A stretch of 64,000 bases of DNA from an uncultured Acidimicrobiia bacterium (GCA_963833145.1 CAWHWT010000006.1:33221-97220); one strand, 5' to 3'. Shown: positions 8,945-18,180, numbered from the stretch's first letter. Program-made: numbers and translations. The notes: generated by a model from the sequence alone, not told the origin.

Positions 8945-9712
8945 GTGCCCTTCACTCAGACCGAGCCGTCCGGTCGCGCGCTTCGGGTCATGCCTGATCG
9001 CCGGCTGTTGCGTCTGCTGGCCCGTTTGTCGGCTGATGACGGTCATCCGGCCGGTACGACCCGGCTGTGCGTGGCGTGTGCGGCGGTCACGGAGATGACC
9101 GGGGCGGGGATCATGTTGATGGTTGGTGACGGGCCCCGTGGCTCGATCTGCACGACCGACGCGGTGAGCACGTTGATCGAGGACCTGCAGTTCACGCTCG
9201 GGGAGGGCCCGTGTGTGGACGCCCACCGCGAGCAACGTCCTGTGGTCGAGCCCGATCTGGCCAACCCCGACGTCGGCCGCTGGGGTTCGTTCACGCCGCC
9301 GGTGCTGGCGTCGGGGGCACGAGCGGTGTTCGGATTCCCAGTTTCGGTCGGAGAGGTGCGGGTGGGCGCCCTGAACTTGTATCGCGACCGTCCGGGCCCG
9401 CTCACCGACGACCAGCACGCCGACGCGGTCTTGATCGCCGGCATCGCGGCCCGGGCGATCGTCGAGATGCAAGCCGACGCCGAGCCTGGCGTCCTGGGCG
9501 CCGCACTGGAGGTGGGCACGAACTTCCAGTTCGTTGTCCACCAAGCGGCCGGGATGGTCGCCGTTCAACTCGGTATCGACGTCGCCGAGGCGACACTGCG
9601 ACTCCGCGCTCACGCCTTCAGCACCGATCGCCTCGTCGCCGACGTGGCCCGGGACGTCGTCGCCCGCCGGCTGCGGTTCGACCCCTCCGACGGCGAACCC
9701 GCCAACTCGTAA
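8945..9712 (+). CDS. GAF + ANTAR domain RNA-binding regulator (paralogue 1)
   Basis: 255-aa ORF. The GAF-like part contains GAGIMLM, LGEGPCVDA, GFPVSVGEVRVGALNLY. The ANTAR-like tail is VVHQAAGMVAVQLGIDVAEATLRLRAHAF. The start is uncertain (8945 GTG or ATG 8990). Confidence 0.8.
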   Translation: MPFTQTEPSGRALRVMPDRRLLRLLARLSADDGHPAGTTRLCVACAAVTEMTGAGIMLMVGDGPRGSICTTDAVSTLIEDLQFTLGEGPCVDAHREQRPVVEPDLANPDVGRWGSFTPPVLASGARAVFGFPVSVGEVRVGALNLYRDRPGPLTDDQHADAVLIAGIAARAIVEMQADAEPGVLGAALEVGTNFQFVVHQAAGMVAVQLGIDVAEATLRLRAHAFSTDRLVADVARDVVARRLRFDPSDGEPANS

Positions 9713-9754
9713 CGGGCACGCTTCCCGCCACGGTCGGTCCCGTGGTTGGATCGG
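9602..9754 (+). repeat. 153-bp direct repeat, copy 1 (last 37 codons of the GAF-ANTAR gene plus 42 nt of 3' flank)
   Basis: Hand alignment with 18952..19104 at a constant offset of 9350 nt gives 8 mismatches and no indels. Weaker similarity continues for about 10 nt further upstream. Confidence 0.9.
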
Positions 9755-9779
9755 TCGGGCTCCGCGGCGGGTCTGGTCG

Positions 9780-10448
9780 TCAGCGGGGTAGGGCGAGGAT
9801 CATCAGCGTCGACCACGTCAGGTGGGTCACCATGGGGGCGAAGACTCCGCGGGTCGCCAAGCGTTCGAGGCTGAACAGGGCGCCGATCACGGCGGCGGCG
9901 ATGACGAGAGCGACGTTGCCGGTGGCTGCGGTGACGACGGCGTACAGGATGGTCGTGGCGACGGCGGGACGGTGCCGCTCGAGGGTGGCATGGAGCGCGC
10001 CGCGAAAGAACAGTTCCTCGCCCGCGCCGTTGACGAGCGCGACGAACAGCACGAGGGCGGTTGGTCCGGCATCGGCGGTGGACAGCACGCCGTCGAGGGC
10101 GGGGCCGACGACGGGCAGATGGCGGGCGACCAGGTACGCGGCGAGGAACGCTCCGAATGCTGCTCCGCCGGCCATGACGGGTCCGACGAACGTGCGCCAC
10201 GCGATGCGGTGGTTGGGTTGGAACGGGATCGGTCCGGAGGCGAACGATCCGACTGTCCACGTGGCCGCGACCAGCAGGCCGAAGACGGTGAACCACGCCG
10301 AGCCGTCGGGCACGCGCAAGGTGGCTGCCAGTAGTGCCGTCCCGACCACGATCGCGACCCCGGTGACAACGCGGCGTCGTCGGCGCGCTGCCGGCGCGTC
10401 GAAGGTCGGTGGTTCGGTGGCGGGGACCAGGAGGTCAGGGATGCGCAC
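9780..10448 (-). CDS. CPBP-family (CAAX-type) intramembrane protease-like protein
   Basis: 222-aa multi-TM ORF with a GAGEELFFRG motif and downstream His residues in TM segments. Confidence 0.8.
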   Translation of the reverse strand: MRIPDLLVPATEPPTFDAPAARRRRRVVTGVAIVVGTALLAATLRVPDGSAWFTVFGLLVAATWTVGSFASGPIPFQPNHRIAWRTFVGPVMAGGAAFGAFLAAYLVARHLPVVGPALDGVLSTADAGPTALVLFVALVNGAGEELFFRGALHATLERHRPAVATTILYAVVTAATGNVALVIAAAVIGALFSLERLATRGVFAPMVTHLTWSTLMILALPR

Positions 10449-11346
10449 GGACCTCGGCGGCCGCCCGACGCTCCACTCTTGCCGCCAAGGCCTTGGCCGC
10501 GGCTTCGGCGAACGTCATCGGCGTGTGGCCCAGCAACTCGTCGAGCCGGCGGTCGCGCACCACGACCTCGTTCGTCATCGAGTCGACCAGAGCCCGGGCC
10601 GTGGTCAGGTCGACGTCGGTGATGAGCCGCAACCAGTGCGACGACAGTCTGGGCGTCAGCAGCGGCACGGGAGCGATGACACGGTGGCGGTCCATGACCC
10701 GGCTGGTGATCACCATCATGTCGCGGTAGGTGAGGGCCTCAGGTCCGCCGATGTCGTAGACCTCGCCGATCGCGTCCGGTCGCCCGAGGACGCCCACGAG
10801 GTCGATCACGGCGTCGGCGAGGGCGATCGGCTGTGTCTTGGTCTGGACCCAGCGCGGCGTGATCATGACTGGGAGCCGCTCGACGAGTTGGCGCAGGATC
10901 TCCCAGCTGATGCTCCCGTCACCGATGACGATGCCGGCTCGCAAGGCGGTCGTCGGGGCTCCGTCGCGGAGGATCGATTCCACCTCGCGCCGGCTCTGCA
11001 GGTGCTCGGAGAGGTCATCGCGATCGTCACCGAGACCGCCGAGGTAGACCACCTGGCTCAGCCCGGCACCGGTCGCCGCGGCGGCAAAGGCGCTCGCACC
11101 CTCCCGGTCCCTGACCGCGAAGTCTTCGACAGCCAGGGAGTGCACGAGGTAGTAGGCAGCCTCCTGGCCGTCCAGCGCCTGGCGCAAGCTCTGCGCATCG
11201 CCGATGTCGGCGTGCACCGCTCGTCCGGCGCCGCTGTAGTCGTCGGGATGGCGCGTCAGCGCCGTCACCTCGTGGCCGTCATCCCGCAGCGCCTCGGCGA
11301 CGGCGGCACCGATGAACCCGGTCGCCCCCGTGACGGCGATCCTCAT
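10435..11346 (-). CDS. NAD(P)-binding NmrA/atypical-SDR-like protein
   Basis: The track ORF runs to 11595, but its first 83 codons are Arg/Pro-rich. I start at ATG 11346 (MRIAVTGATGFIGAAVAEAL, a Rossmann GxxGxxG motif). Confidence 0.8.
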   Translation of the reverse strand: MRIAVTGATGFIGAAVAEALRDDGHEVTALTRHPDDYSGAGRAVHADIGDAQSLRQALDGQEAAYYLVHSLAVEDFAVRDREGASAFAAAATGAGLSQVVYLGGLGDDRDDLSEHLQSRREVESILRDGAPTTALRAGIVIGDGSISWEILRQLVERLPVMITPRWVQTKTQPIALADAVIDLVGVLGRPDAIGEVYDIGGPEALTYRDMMVITSRVMDRHRVIAPVPLLTPRLSSHWLRLITDVDLTTARALVDSMTNEVVVRDRRLDELLGHTPMTFAEAAAKALAARVERRAAAEVRAHP

Positions 11347-11593
11347 CGCGCGCCGCCACAGCCCGGGGTCGGCGGACGACGTCTGGACACGGCGCATCAC
11401 GTACCCAATCGGGTCGGGGCGGGAACCCCGACGAGAGGCACTCGACGAGCGCGTGGCAGCCGTTGCTCGTGGCGCCGGTGACTTCCTCTTCCCACCGCTT
11501 GCACGCCCGGCGCGGCCGTGGTCGAGCCGTGGTTGACGCCGTCGGGTAGAGGGTACGGGGGGGCAAGTCATGACAGCGGTTGAAGGAGGTCGC

Positions 11594-12226
11594 ATGACTG
11601 TTCAACACGACCACAGCGGTGCGACCCGGGGTGCGTCCGATCAATCCACTGCCGGCCGGGTGGCCGAGACGGCGATGAGCGAAGTGTCGAACGTGGCCTC
11701 GACCGCCACCGGGGGAGCCCGCGATGTGGCGAGTGAGGCTGGTGCGCAGGCCAAGGCGGTGGCGGGTGAGGCCAAGCAGCAGCTCGACCGGCTGATCAGC
11801 CAGGGACGCGACGAGGTCCGCGAGCAGGCCGAGCAGCGCAGCTCGCAAGCGGCGGGACAGCTCCGCACGCTGTCTGAGCAGGTCAGTGCCCTCGTCGCGG
11901 GCCGGCCCGAGGAGGCGGGGCCGCTGGTGGGGTACGCGAGCGATCTGCAGGGCCAGCTCCGCCGGCTCGCGTCCCGGGTGGAGCAGGGTGGAGCGCAGGG
12001 CGTGATGGACGACGTCACCCGGTTCGCCCGGCGCCGCCCGGGTGCGTTTCTCGTCGGCGCGGCCGGCGTCGGCTTTCTCGTCGGCCGGCTGGTGCGGGCA
12101 GGTGTGGCGAACCAGCGGGAGAACGACCCGTCGACCGGCGAGGCGCTGCCGACTCCGCCGAACGGCCCGGCGTTCGAGGAGTCGAGCTTGCCACCGCCGG
12201 TGGGCTCCGCCGGGGCGGCGCGATGA
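11594..12226 (+). CDS. Hypothetical helical protein with C-terminal TM anchor
   Basis: ATG 11594 follows GAAGGAGG. The product is Ala/Gln/Glu-rich helical sequence, followed by RRRPGAFLVGAAGVGFLVGRLV. It is the first gene of a three-gene plus-strand operon, and its stop overlaps the next start. Confidence 0.65.
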   Translation: MTVQHDHSGATRGASDQSTAGRVAETAMSEVSNVASTATGGARDVASEAGAQAKAVAGEAKQQLDRLISQGRDEVREQAEQRSSQAAGQLRTLSEQVSALVAGRPEEAGPLVGYASDLQGQLRRLASRVEQGGAQGVMDDVTRFARRRPGAFLVGAAGVGFLVGRLVRAGVANQRENDPSTGEALPTPPNGPAFEESSLPPPVGSAGAAR

Positions 12227-12669
12227 GCAGCACCCCAACGTCCGACCGGATGAACGCCGGGAGTGGCTACGACCCGGCAACGGAGCCGAGGCGGCCGGAG
12301 GCGTCGCTCGGCGAGCTGGTGGCGGAGATGACCTCGGACCTCAGCACCCTGTTCCGCAAGGAGATCGATCTCGCCAAGACCGAGGCCCACGAGGAGCTCA
12401 AACAGGCCGGCAAGGCCGGCGGGATGCTCGGCGGCGCGGCGGTCGCCGGCTGGTTGGCGCTGTTGCTGTTGTCCCTCGCGCTGGCCTGGTTGCTCGACGA
12501 GGTGATGCACATCGCCTTGGCCTTGGCCATTGTCGGCGTGGTGTGGGGGGTGGCGGCCTTCGTCCTTCAGCGCACGGGCCGGGCGGCGCTTGGCCGGGTG
12601 CGGGGACTACCGACGACGAGAGACACCCTCAAGGAGGACGTGGAATGGGCCAAAGCGCAGAAGAGCTGA
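12223..12669 (+). CDS. Holin-X-like (Phage_holin_3_6 family) small membrane protein
   Basis: 148 aa. The stretch LGELVAEMTSDLSTLFRKEIDLAKTEA is followed by two TM helices, a pattern I associate with the actinobacterial Holin-X family. Confidence 0.7.
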   Translation: MSSTPTSDRMNAGSGYDPATEPRRPEASLGELVAEMTSDLSTLFRKEIDLAKTEAHEELKQAGKAGGMLGGAAVAGWLALLLLSLALAWLLDEVMHIALALAIVGVVWGVAAFVLQRTGRAALGRVRGLPTTRDTLKEDVEWAKAQKS

Positions 12670-13229
12670 GGCGGGAGATCGAAGACACCCGCGGAGATCT
12701 CGGGCAGACGCTCGACGCCATCGGGGACCGGGTCAGCCCGGGCCGGATCGTGGAGCGACGCAAGAACCGGGTGATGAACGGGTTGACGAGCGTTCGCGAT
12801 CGGGTCATGGGCACGGCGTCAGACACTGGCCACGCCGTCGGGGACACCGCAACTGGCGCGGTCGACACGCTCAAAGGGACGCCGGACGCGGTGATGAAGC
12901 AGACCCAGGGCAGTCCGCTCGTCGCCGGGGCGCTCGCGTTCGGTGTCGGGGTCCTGGTGGCCTCCGTCTTTCCGCCGAGCGCCAAGGAGCAAGAGGTCGC
13001 CGACCAACTGAAGGAGAAGGCGCAGCCGTTGGCGGACGACCTGAAGCAGACCGGCCAAGAGATTGCCGAGCAGCTGAAGGAACCGGCGCGAGAAGCCGTC
13101 GAGAGTGTCAAACAGGCGGCGACGGAGGGCCAGCAGGCCGTCACCGACACCGCCAAGGGCGCCGCCGACTCGACCCGCGACGCGGCGCGCGACGGGACCG
13201 AGACCGTCCGCTGCCGAGGGCACGAGTGA
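12645..13229 (+). CDS. DUF3618-like protein
   Basis: ATG 12645 follows AAGGAGGA. The N-terminus MGQSAEELRREIEDTRGDLGQTLDAIGDRV is typical of DUF3618. One TM helix lies in the middle. The track only shows a longer, Arg-rich 12042..13229 version. Confidence 0.7.
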   Translation: MGQSAEELRREIEDTRGDLGQTLDAIGDRVSPGRIVERRKNRVMNGLTSVRDRVMGTASDTGHAVGDTATGAVDTLKGTPDAVMKQTQGSPLVAGALAFGVGVLVASVFPPSAKEQEVADQLKEKAQPLADDLKQTGQEIAEQLKEPAREAVESVKQAATEGQQAVTDTAKGAADSTRDAARDGTETVRCRGHE

Positions 13230-13351
13230 CCGCGACCAGCACACCTCCTGAGCGAAACGGCAGCGGCGGTTGAGGACGGGCGTGGCCGGGACGCCGAGGC
13301 GCCCCGAGTGGGCGCCTCAGGTGAGCGCGGTCGGGGAGCAAGGCGAGTCGC

Positions 13352-14719
13352 ATGGGTAGCTCAGCGAGCTTGTCCAGCGTTCGTTCGAGCCTGTGGTTCA
13401 TTCCGGTGTTGTGTGTGCTGGCCGGCGTGCTCGTGTCGATTGGCACGATCGCGGTGGATCGGGCCGCGGGATTCGAGCTCATTCCGCGCTGGTTGACCGG
13501 AGGACCGGATGCGGCGATGGGCATCCTGACGACCATCGCGGTGTCGATGGTGTCGTTGGCCACGTTGGTGCTGACCATCACGATGGTCGTGGTGCAGTTG
13601 GCGATGGGCCAGTTCTCCCCGCGGATCGTGCAGACGTTCCTGCGGGACAAGCCCAGCCAGTTGGCGATCGGGCTGTTCGTGGCGACGTTCGCGCATGCCA
13701 TGTTGGCGATGCGGGAGGTGCAGTTCGACGGGGAGGGCCAGGTTCCGGGGATCGCCATCGCCGTCGGGTATGTGCTCGTCTTGACCAGCATCGCCATGTT
13801 GGTGATGTACGTCCATCACATCGGCCGGTCGCTGCGAGTTTCGGCATTGATCGAGTTGGTCGGGAACGACACCCGCCGCCTGCTCGACGAGGTCTACCCC
13901 GACATCCTGGCCGCTCGAGAGCCTGACCAGCACGAGATCGTCGCGCCCCGCTCGGGCGTGTTGATCTCAGTCGACCGGCAGCGTCTCGTCGACATCGCGA
14001 CGGCGGCGGATTGCGTCCTGCACGTGGTGCCGGCCGTCGGTGGCTTCGTGCCGGCCGGGGCGGCGCTGATCCGAGTCGAGGGCGACCCGCATGACCTGGA
14101 TCGGGACGGCGCGACAGCGGCGCTGCAGTCGGGTCTGGAACGCACACTCGACGAGGACGTGGCCTACGGGTTCAGGATGCTCGTCGACATGGGCGAGCGC
14201 TCCCTGTCCGAGTCCGCCTTCCTCGACCCGACGACCGCCGTGCAGTGCATCGACCGGCTCCACGACGGGCTACGACAGTTGGCTGGACGCCGCCTCCCCG
14301 ACGGCCGCCTGCATGATGCCGACGGCCGCCTGCGGGTGACAGTTCCAGCGATGAGCTGGGACGCCTACGTCCACCTCGCCTTCGATGAGATCCGCCTCGC
14401 CGGGGGCAGCTCCCCCCAGGTCAGCCGCCGACTGATCGCAGCACTTGACGACCTCCTCGAGATCGCACCGGCGGAGCGACGACCGGTGCTCGCCGAACAA
14501 CTCCGACTTCTCACCGACGCGGTCCGAAACACCGATCGCGGCGCCGAGGATCGTGAGATGGCCACCCAACCCGACAGCCAAGGGATCGGAGTGGCCATCA
14601 ACGGCGCCGCCGCCCGCCAATCCCTCACACACCGCGTCGCGGACGCTGGGGAAGACGGCGTGGGACTCATCGCCGACCGACTCTTGGAACCGCCCCGGCC
14701 GGTCACTCGACGCCGTTGA
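13352..14719 (+). CDS. DUF2254-like membrane protein
   Basis: 455 aa. The N-terminal TM region contains the MGQFSPRIVQTFLRDKPSQ motif, followed by a soluble C-terminal domain. Confidence 0.8.
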   Translation: MGSSASLSSVRSSLWFIPVLCVLAGVLVSIGTIAVDRAAGFELIPRWLTGGPDAAMGILTTIAVSMVSLATLVLTITMVVVQLAMGQFSPRIVQTFLRDKPSQLAIGLFVATFAHAMLAMREVQFDGEGQVPGIAIAVGYVLVLTSIAMLVMYVHHIGRSLRVSALIELVGNDTRRLLDEVYPDILAAREPDQHEIVAPRSGVLISVDRQRLVDIATAADCVLHVVPAVGGFVPAGAALIRVEGDPHDLDRDGATAALQSGLERTLDEDVAYGFRMLVDMGERSLSESAFLDPTTAVQCIDRLHDGLRQLAGRRLPDGRLHDADGRLRVTVPAMSWDAYVHLAFDEIRLAGGSSPQVSRRLIAALDDLLEIAPAERRPVLAEQLRLLTDAVRNTDRGAEDREMATQPDSQGIGVAINGAAARQSLTHRVADAGEDGVGLIADRLLEPPRPVTRRR

Positions 14720-14786
14720 CCGAGGCGCGTCCGCGCAGGAGCCGGCTGCTCTGGTCAGTCGTCCCGCGGCTGCGGGCCGAACGGGT

Positions 14787-15680
14787 TCACGATGAGACCT
14801 TCGGGCCTCCCTGCCGTTGGAGATTGGCGTGCTCGACGAGGGCGTCGATCTCTGCCGTTCGGCTGGCGTACCGCTCGAAGATGCGCCTGCTGTTAGCGAC
14901 ACGGTTGCGCTCTCGTACGTGGGGGGCGAAGATCATCGTTCCGCCGTCCATGGCGTAGTGCCCCGCTGCGCCTTTGAGCGGCACGAAGCTGTAGCCCACC
15001 CGGTACCCCTTGGTCCACGCGCGCAGGCACAGTTCGCTCTCGAAGCAGATGCCGGGATCACCGGGGGCTGAGAAGCTGTGGTCCCAGCCGCCCAGCTCTT
15101 GATAACTGGTGCGACGGACGAAATAGGGCCCGATGTTCACATGGTGCACGTAGCGAAATTCGCTCCGACCCCAGAACGGCACGGCCACCGCCGGATCGGG
15201 GTCGAAACTCTCGAACCCCATGAATCCACCGATGATCGCCAGCGCGGGATCGGCCGAGAAGTGGTCGAGGGCGGTCTGGACCCAGGTGGGCTCGTCGGGG
15301 ATGACGTCGTCATCCTGCACAAGGCACACGATCTCGGAGCGGGCCCAGCTGATCGCTCGGTCGGTGACTCGAATCTCATGGAGGTCGTTTGAGTGGATGA
15401 GGAAGTCGTTCGGTCGGTCGAGGTGTCCCAACCACCGGTCGCGGGAGCCGTCGACGGACCCGTCGTCGCACACGATGAGCTCGTGCGCGCCGGCGGCTCG
15501 CAGACCGTCGACGATCTGATCGATGTTGGAGACCCGGTTGAACGAGTGGACGATGAAGGCCAGCCTCGGTCGTTCTTGGTAGACGAAGCCCGATGCTCGA
15601 CGCGCCGCCTTGGCTGCCCGGACCCGCTCGACCACCTCGGGTTCGACGGGCTCAGGTGAGGCGTCCATGGGTGTTGACAT
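14787..15680 (-). CDS. Family-2 glycosyltransferase
   Basis: 297 aa. The stretch FIVHSFNRVSNIDQIVDGL..ELIVCDDGSVDGS, with a later DDD, fits a GT-A fold. It is the third gene of a minus-strand operon and overlaps the upstream gene by 29 nt. Confidence 0.8.
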   Translation of the reverse strand: MSTPMDASPEPVEPEVVERVRAAKAARRASGFVYQERPRLAFIVHSFNRVSNIDQIVDGLRAAGAHELIVCDDGSVDGSRDRWLGHLDRPNDFLIHSNDLHEIRVTDRAISWARSEIVCLVQDDDVIPDEPTWVQTALDHFSADPALAIIGGFMGFESFDPDPAVAVPFWGRSEFRYVHHVNIGPYFVRRTSYQELGGWDHSFSAPGDPGICFESELCLRAWTKGYRVGYSFVPLKGAAGHYAMDGGTMIFAPHVRERNRVANSRRIFERYASRTAEIDALVEHANLQRQGGPKVSS

Positions 15681-16605
15681 GGGGAAGATCGGGAGCGTTC
15701 AGCAGTACGGTCCGGGCGAGGCTCGAGCCGTTGTGGACAAGATCGTCGCATCGGCTGAGTAGGAGGTACTCGAGGACGGCCTCCTCGCCGTTGCGGGCGG
15801 CCAGATCGCGATCGCCGGCAATGTATGCAGGCATCAGCCAACCGGTGGGGCCGTGCCCAGCCGCGTCGCCGCCCCGGTGGCGCACGCTGTCGTAGGCGAT
15901 CACACGTCCGGGGAACTCGCCGCGAAGGAATGCCACGGAGGATTCGTCGTCGGACGCCACGAAGACCTTGGCGGTCGGGGTCACGTCGAGCCGCCGCTGA
16001 ATCTCGACCACGTACCGGTCGAGAAGAAGTGAGTTCTGCCGGTGCGGCCGCACCTCATGACTCGAGACAGCATCGGTCCCCCGGACGTGGACGCCGATGA
16101 CGTGATGGCCGGCCATGTACTTGGCGCCGAACCGCAGCACCTCGCGCTTGATGTGCGGTCGAGGACGGACGTATCGGTCGAGCACCTGCTTCGCTTGTCT
16201 GCGGACGAGTTCGTCGGGATCGTCCCACTCGTACGGGATCGCGAGTGCGGCTCCGCTCAGCTCGGCGTGATCGCCGAAGTGACACGAGACGAACGAACCG
16301 CCTCGCGTCGCATATCCGAGCTCGAACGCGGAGGGCGGCTCCACCGCGATCCGTGCCCGCAGTTCCGCAGGAACTCGGTCGGCGGGATGCGTAGGGATCA
16401 GGGGCTCGAAGTAGTACTCCCACACCGTGCTCCGGCCGCGATGCCCGTTAGGCGTCCAGTAGCAGGTTCGCGAGCGGAAATCGACGACCGGTACGCGCCC
16501 TTCGGCCAGCGCCCACGGGATGTTGGCGATCACCTGCTGGAGCAGCGAGAAGAGCCCGACGTCTCGCTCGGAGATGACGTGCAGACGGCCCGGCGCAGGT
16601 CTCAA
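15652..16605 (-). CDS. NodZ-like / GT23-superfamily (alpha-1,6-fucosyltransferase-type) glycosyltransferase
   Basis: 317 aa. It is collinear with my recollection of rhizobial NodZ: VISERDVGLFSLL..VVDFRSRTCYW..YFEPL, IGVHVRGTD, VFVASDDESS, EEAVLEYLLLSRCDDLVHNGSSLARTV. Confidence 0.7.
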   Translation of the reverse strand: MRPAPGRLHVISERDVGLFSLLQQVIANIPWALAEGRVPVVDFRSRTCYWTPNGHRGRSTVWEYYFEPLIPTHPADRVPAELRARIAVEPPSAFELGYATRGGSFVSCHFGDHAELSGAALAIPYEWDDPDELVRRQAKQVLDRYVRPRPHIKREVLRFGAKYMAGHHVIGVHVRGTDAVSSHEVRPHRQNSLLLDRYVVEIQRRLDVTPTAKVFVASDDESSVAFLRGEFPGRVIAYDSVRHRGGDAAGHGPTGWLMPAYIAGDRDLAARNGEEAVLEYLLLSRCDDLVHNGSSLARTVLLNAPDLPHVNTHGRLT

Positions 16606-16642
16606 CGTCCGGCTGCGGGGACGGGCCGCCTACCGCGGCTCC

Positions 16643-17674
16643 TCATGAGACGAACTCCTCTGACACCGGTCCGGTGAGCATTGGCGAGGGGACTGACCCG
16701 CCGAGCCGGCGGGCATGGCACACACGGTCGGCGATCCACCGGTACGTGGGTTGCAGTCCCTGACGGATCGTGGTCGACGGCTCCCAGCCGAGCACGGCGC
16801 GCAGCCTCCGGTTGTCCGAGTTGCGGCCGCGTACGCCTTGCGGGCCGTTGACATGGCGGAGCGTGATGCCCGGCTTGCCGGACACCTCGATGACCGCTCG
16901 GGCGAGCTCGTTGATCGTCATGACCTCCTCGGTGCCGAGGTTCAGCGGTTCCTGGTGGTCGGATCGCATCAGCCGGTGGATCCCCTCCACGCAGTCGTCC
17001 ACGTAGCAGAACGATCTCGTTTGCTCGCCGTCGCCCCAAATCTCGATTTCGCCACCCGGCTCCACCGCCGCCACCTTGCGGCACAGCGCAGCCGGCACCT
17101 TCTCCCGACCGCCGTCGTACGTGCCACGCGGGCCGTAGATGTTGTGGAAGCGGACGATACGAGTCGGCAAACCAAACTCGGCCGTGTAATACAGGCAGAG
17201 GCGCTCGCCCATCAGCTTCTCCCACCCGTAGGCGTCCTGCGGGTTGGCGGGATAGGCATCCTCCTCGGCCAACGCGATGTCGCCCGCCTCGGACTGCAAG
17301 TGCTCGGGGTAGACGCACGCCGAGGAGCTATAGAGGTACCGCCGCACTCCGTTGCCACGGGCCGCCTCGAGCGTGTTGATGTCGATTAGCGCATTGTTCC
17401 GCAGGATCGTGCCGTGGTGCCCGGAGATGAACCCCATGCCTCCCATGTCGGCGGCCAGCGCGTACACCTCGTCAATGCCAGCCGTCGCCCGGAGGCACTC
17501 GTCGCGGCTGCGGAGGTCACGCAGCTCGAACTCGTCCGAATCAGATTCGGTGAACTCCGGTGGGTGGACGTCGACTCCGCGCACCCAGTAGCCATTTCGC
17601 TTGAGGTAGCTGACGAGGTGGTGACCGATGAACCCGCCGGCTCCGGTCACCAACACCCGCGTGCGCGTCGTCAC
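16643..17674 (-). CDS. GDP-mannose 3,5-epimerase-like NAD-dependent epimerase
   Basis: Start taken at GTG 17674, 5 nt after GGAGG. Motifs match remembered plant GME almost block for block: VTGAGGFIG, LAADMGGMGFI, SSACVYPE, PQDAYGWEKL, RFHNIYGPRGTYDGGREKVPAALCRK, WGDGEQTRSF, GVRGRNSDN. Confidence 0.8.
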   Translation of the reverse strand: MTTRTRVLVTGAGGFIGHHLVSYLKRNGYWVRGVDVHPPEFTESDSDEFELRDLRSRDECLRATAGIDEVYALAADMGGMGFISGHHGTILRNNALIDINTLEAARGNGVRRYLYSSSACVYPEHLQSEAGDIALAEEDAYPANPQDAYGWEKLMGERLCLYYTAEFGLPTRIVRFHNIYGPRGTYDGGREKVPAALCRKVAAVEPGGEIEIWGDGEQTRSFCYVDDCVEGIHRLMRSDHQEPLNLGTEEVMTINELARAVIEVSGKPGITLRHVNGPQGVRGRNSDNRRLRAVLGWEPSTTIRQGLQPTYRWIADRVCHARRLGGSVPSPMLTGPVSEEFVS

Positions 17675-18180
17675 GCCCGCCTCCGTCCGTGCCGTCGGGC
17701 ACTCAGGCCGGTGAGGCGAACGAGGGATTGTGCGCCGCCGCGACCGACGCTCTCGCCGGCCCGGGAGGTACCCGACGGCTGATCGTCGGACCAAACGCGT
17801 ACGGCTCGTGCCGTCGACGGCGTCCGGTGCCGGCGGATCATGCCCCCACAAGCGACGACGTCGGCCTTGGCTCGGTAGCGCTGCTTCTTACGTGGGAGGC
17901 GTGTAGCGGTCTGGCGCACAGCGTCACTCGTCACTGGCGCGGCGGCGGCGCATCCCCGGCTCGGACCAGGCGCAGGGCAGGTGATGTGAAGACGCTGCAC
18001 CCGCCGGTACCGACACGGACGCCGACGATGAGGACGATTCCATCGAGAACGTGCCACCGAGATCGCCGCGGCGATGACGAGAGAGATGGCGAGAATCCAA
18101 AGCAGCGTGGCCACGAGGCCTCCTGAAGTCACCGATCGCACCGTTGCGACCTCGTTCCAGGTAGCCACCTCTCCGGGCGG

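Noticed and set aside
9728-9745. Hairpin CCACGG-UCGGUC-CCGUGG with a 6-nt loop in the conserved 3' flank of the repeat, also present at 19078-19095 in the leader of GAF-ANTAR gene 2. I considered it as an ANTAR target RNA.
   Set aside because: ANTAR substrates are described as two tandem hexaloop hairpins with A at loop position 1 and G at position 4. Here there is only one hairpin, and only the G fits. The evidence is too weak to call.
12223-12669. The holin-family gene as a sign of a prophage.
   Set aside because: No endolysin, capsid, tail, terminase or integrase genes are anywhere in the window. This holin-like family is commonly chromosomal in actinobacteria.
13352-13372. GGGTAGCTCAGCGAGC, reminiscent of a tRNA D-arm.
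   Set aside because: It is the first codons of the DUF2254 gene (MGSSASL). No acceptor stem, anticodon arm or T-arm (GGTTCGAATCC-like) follows.
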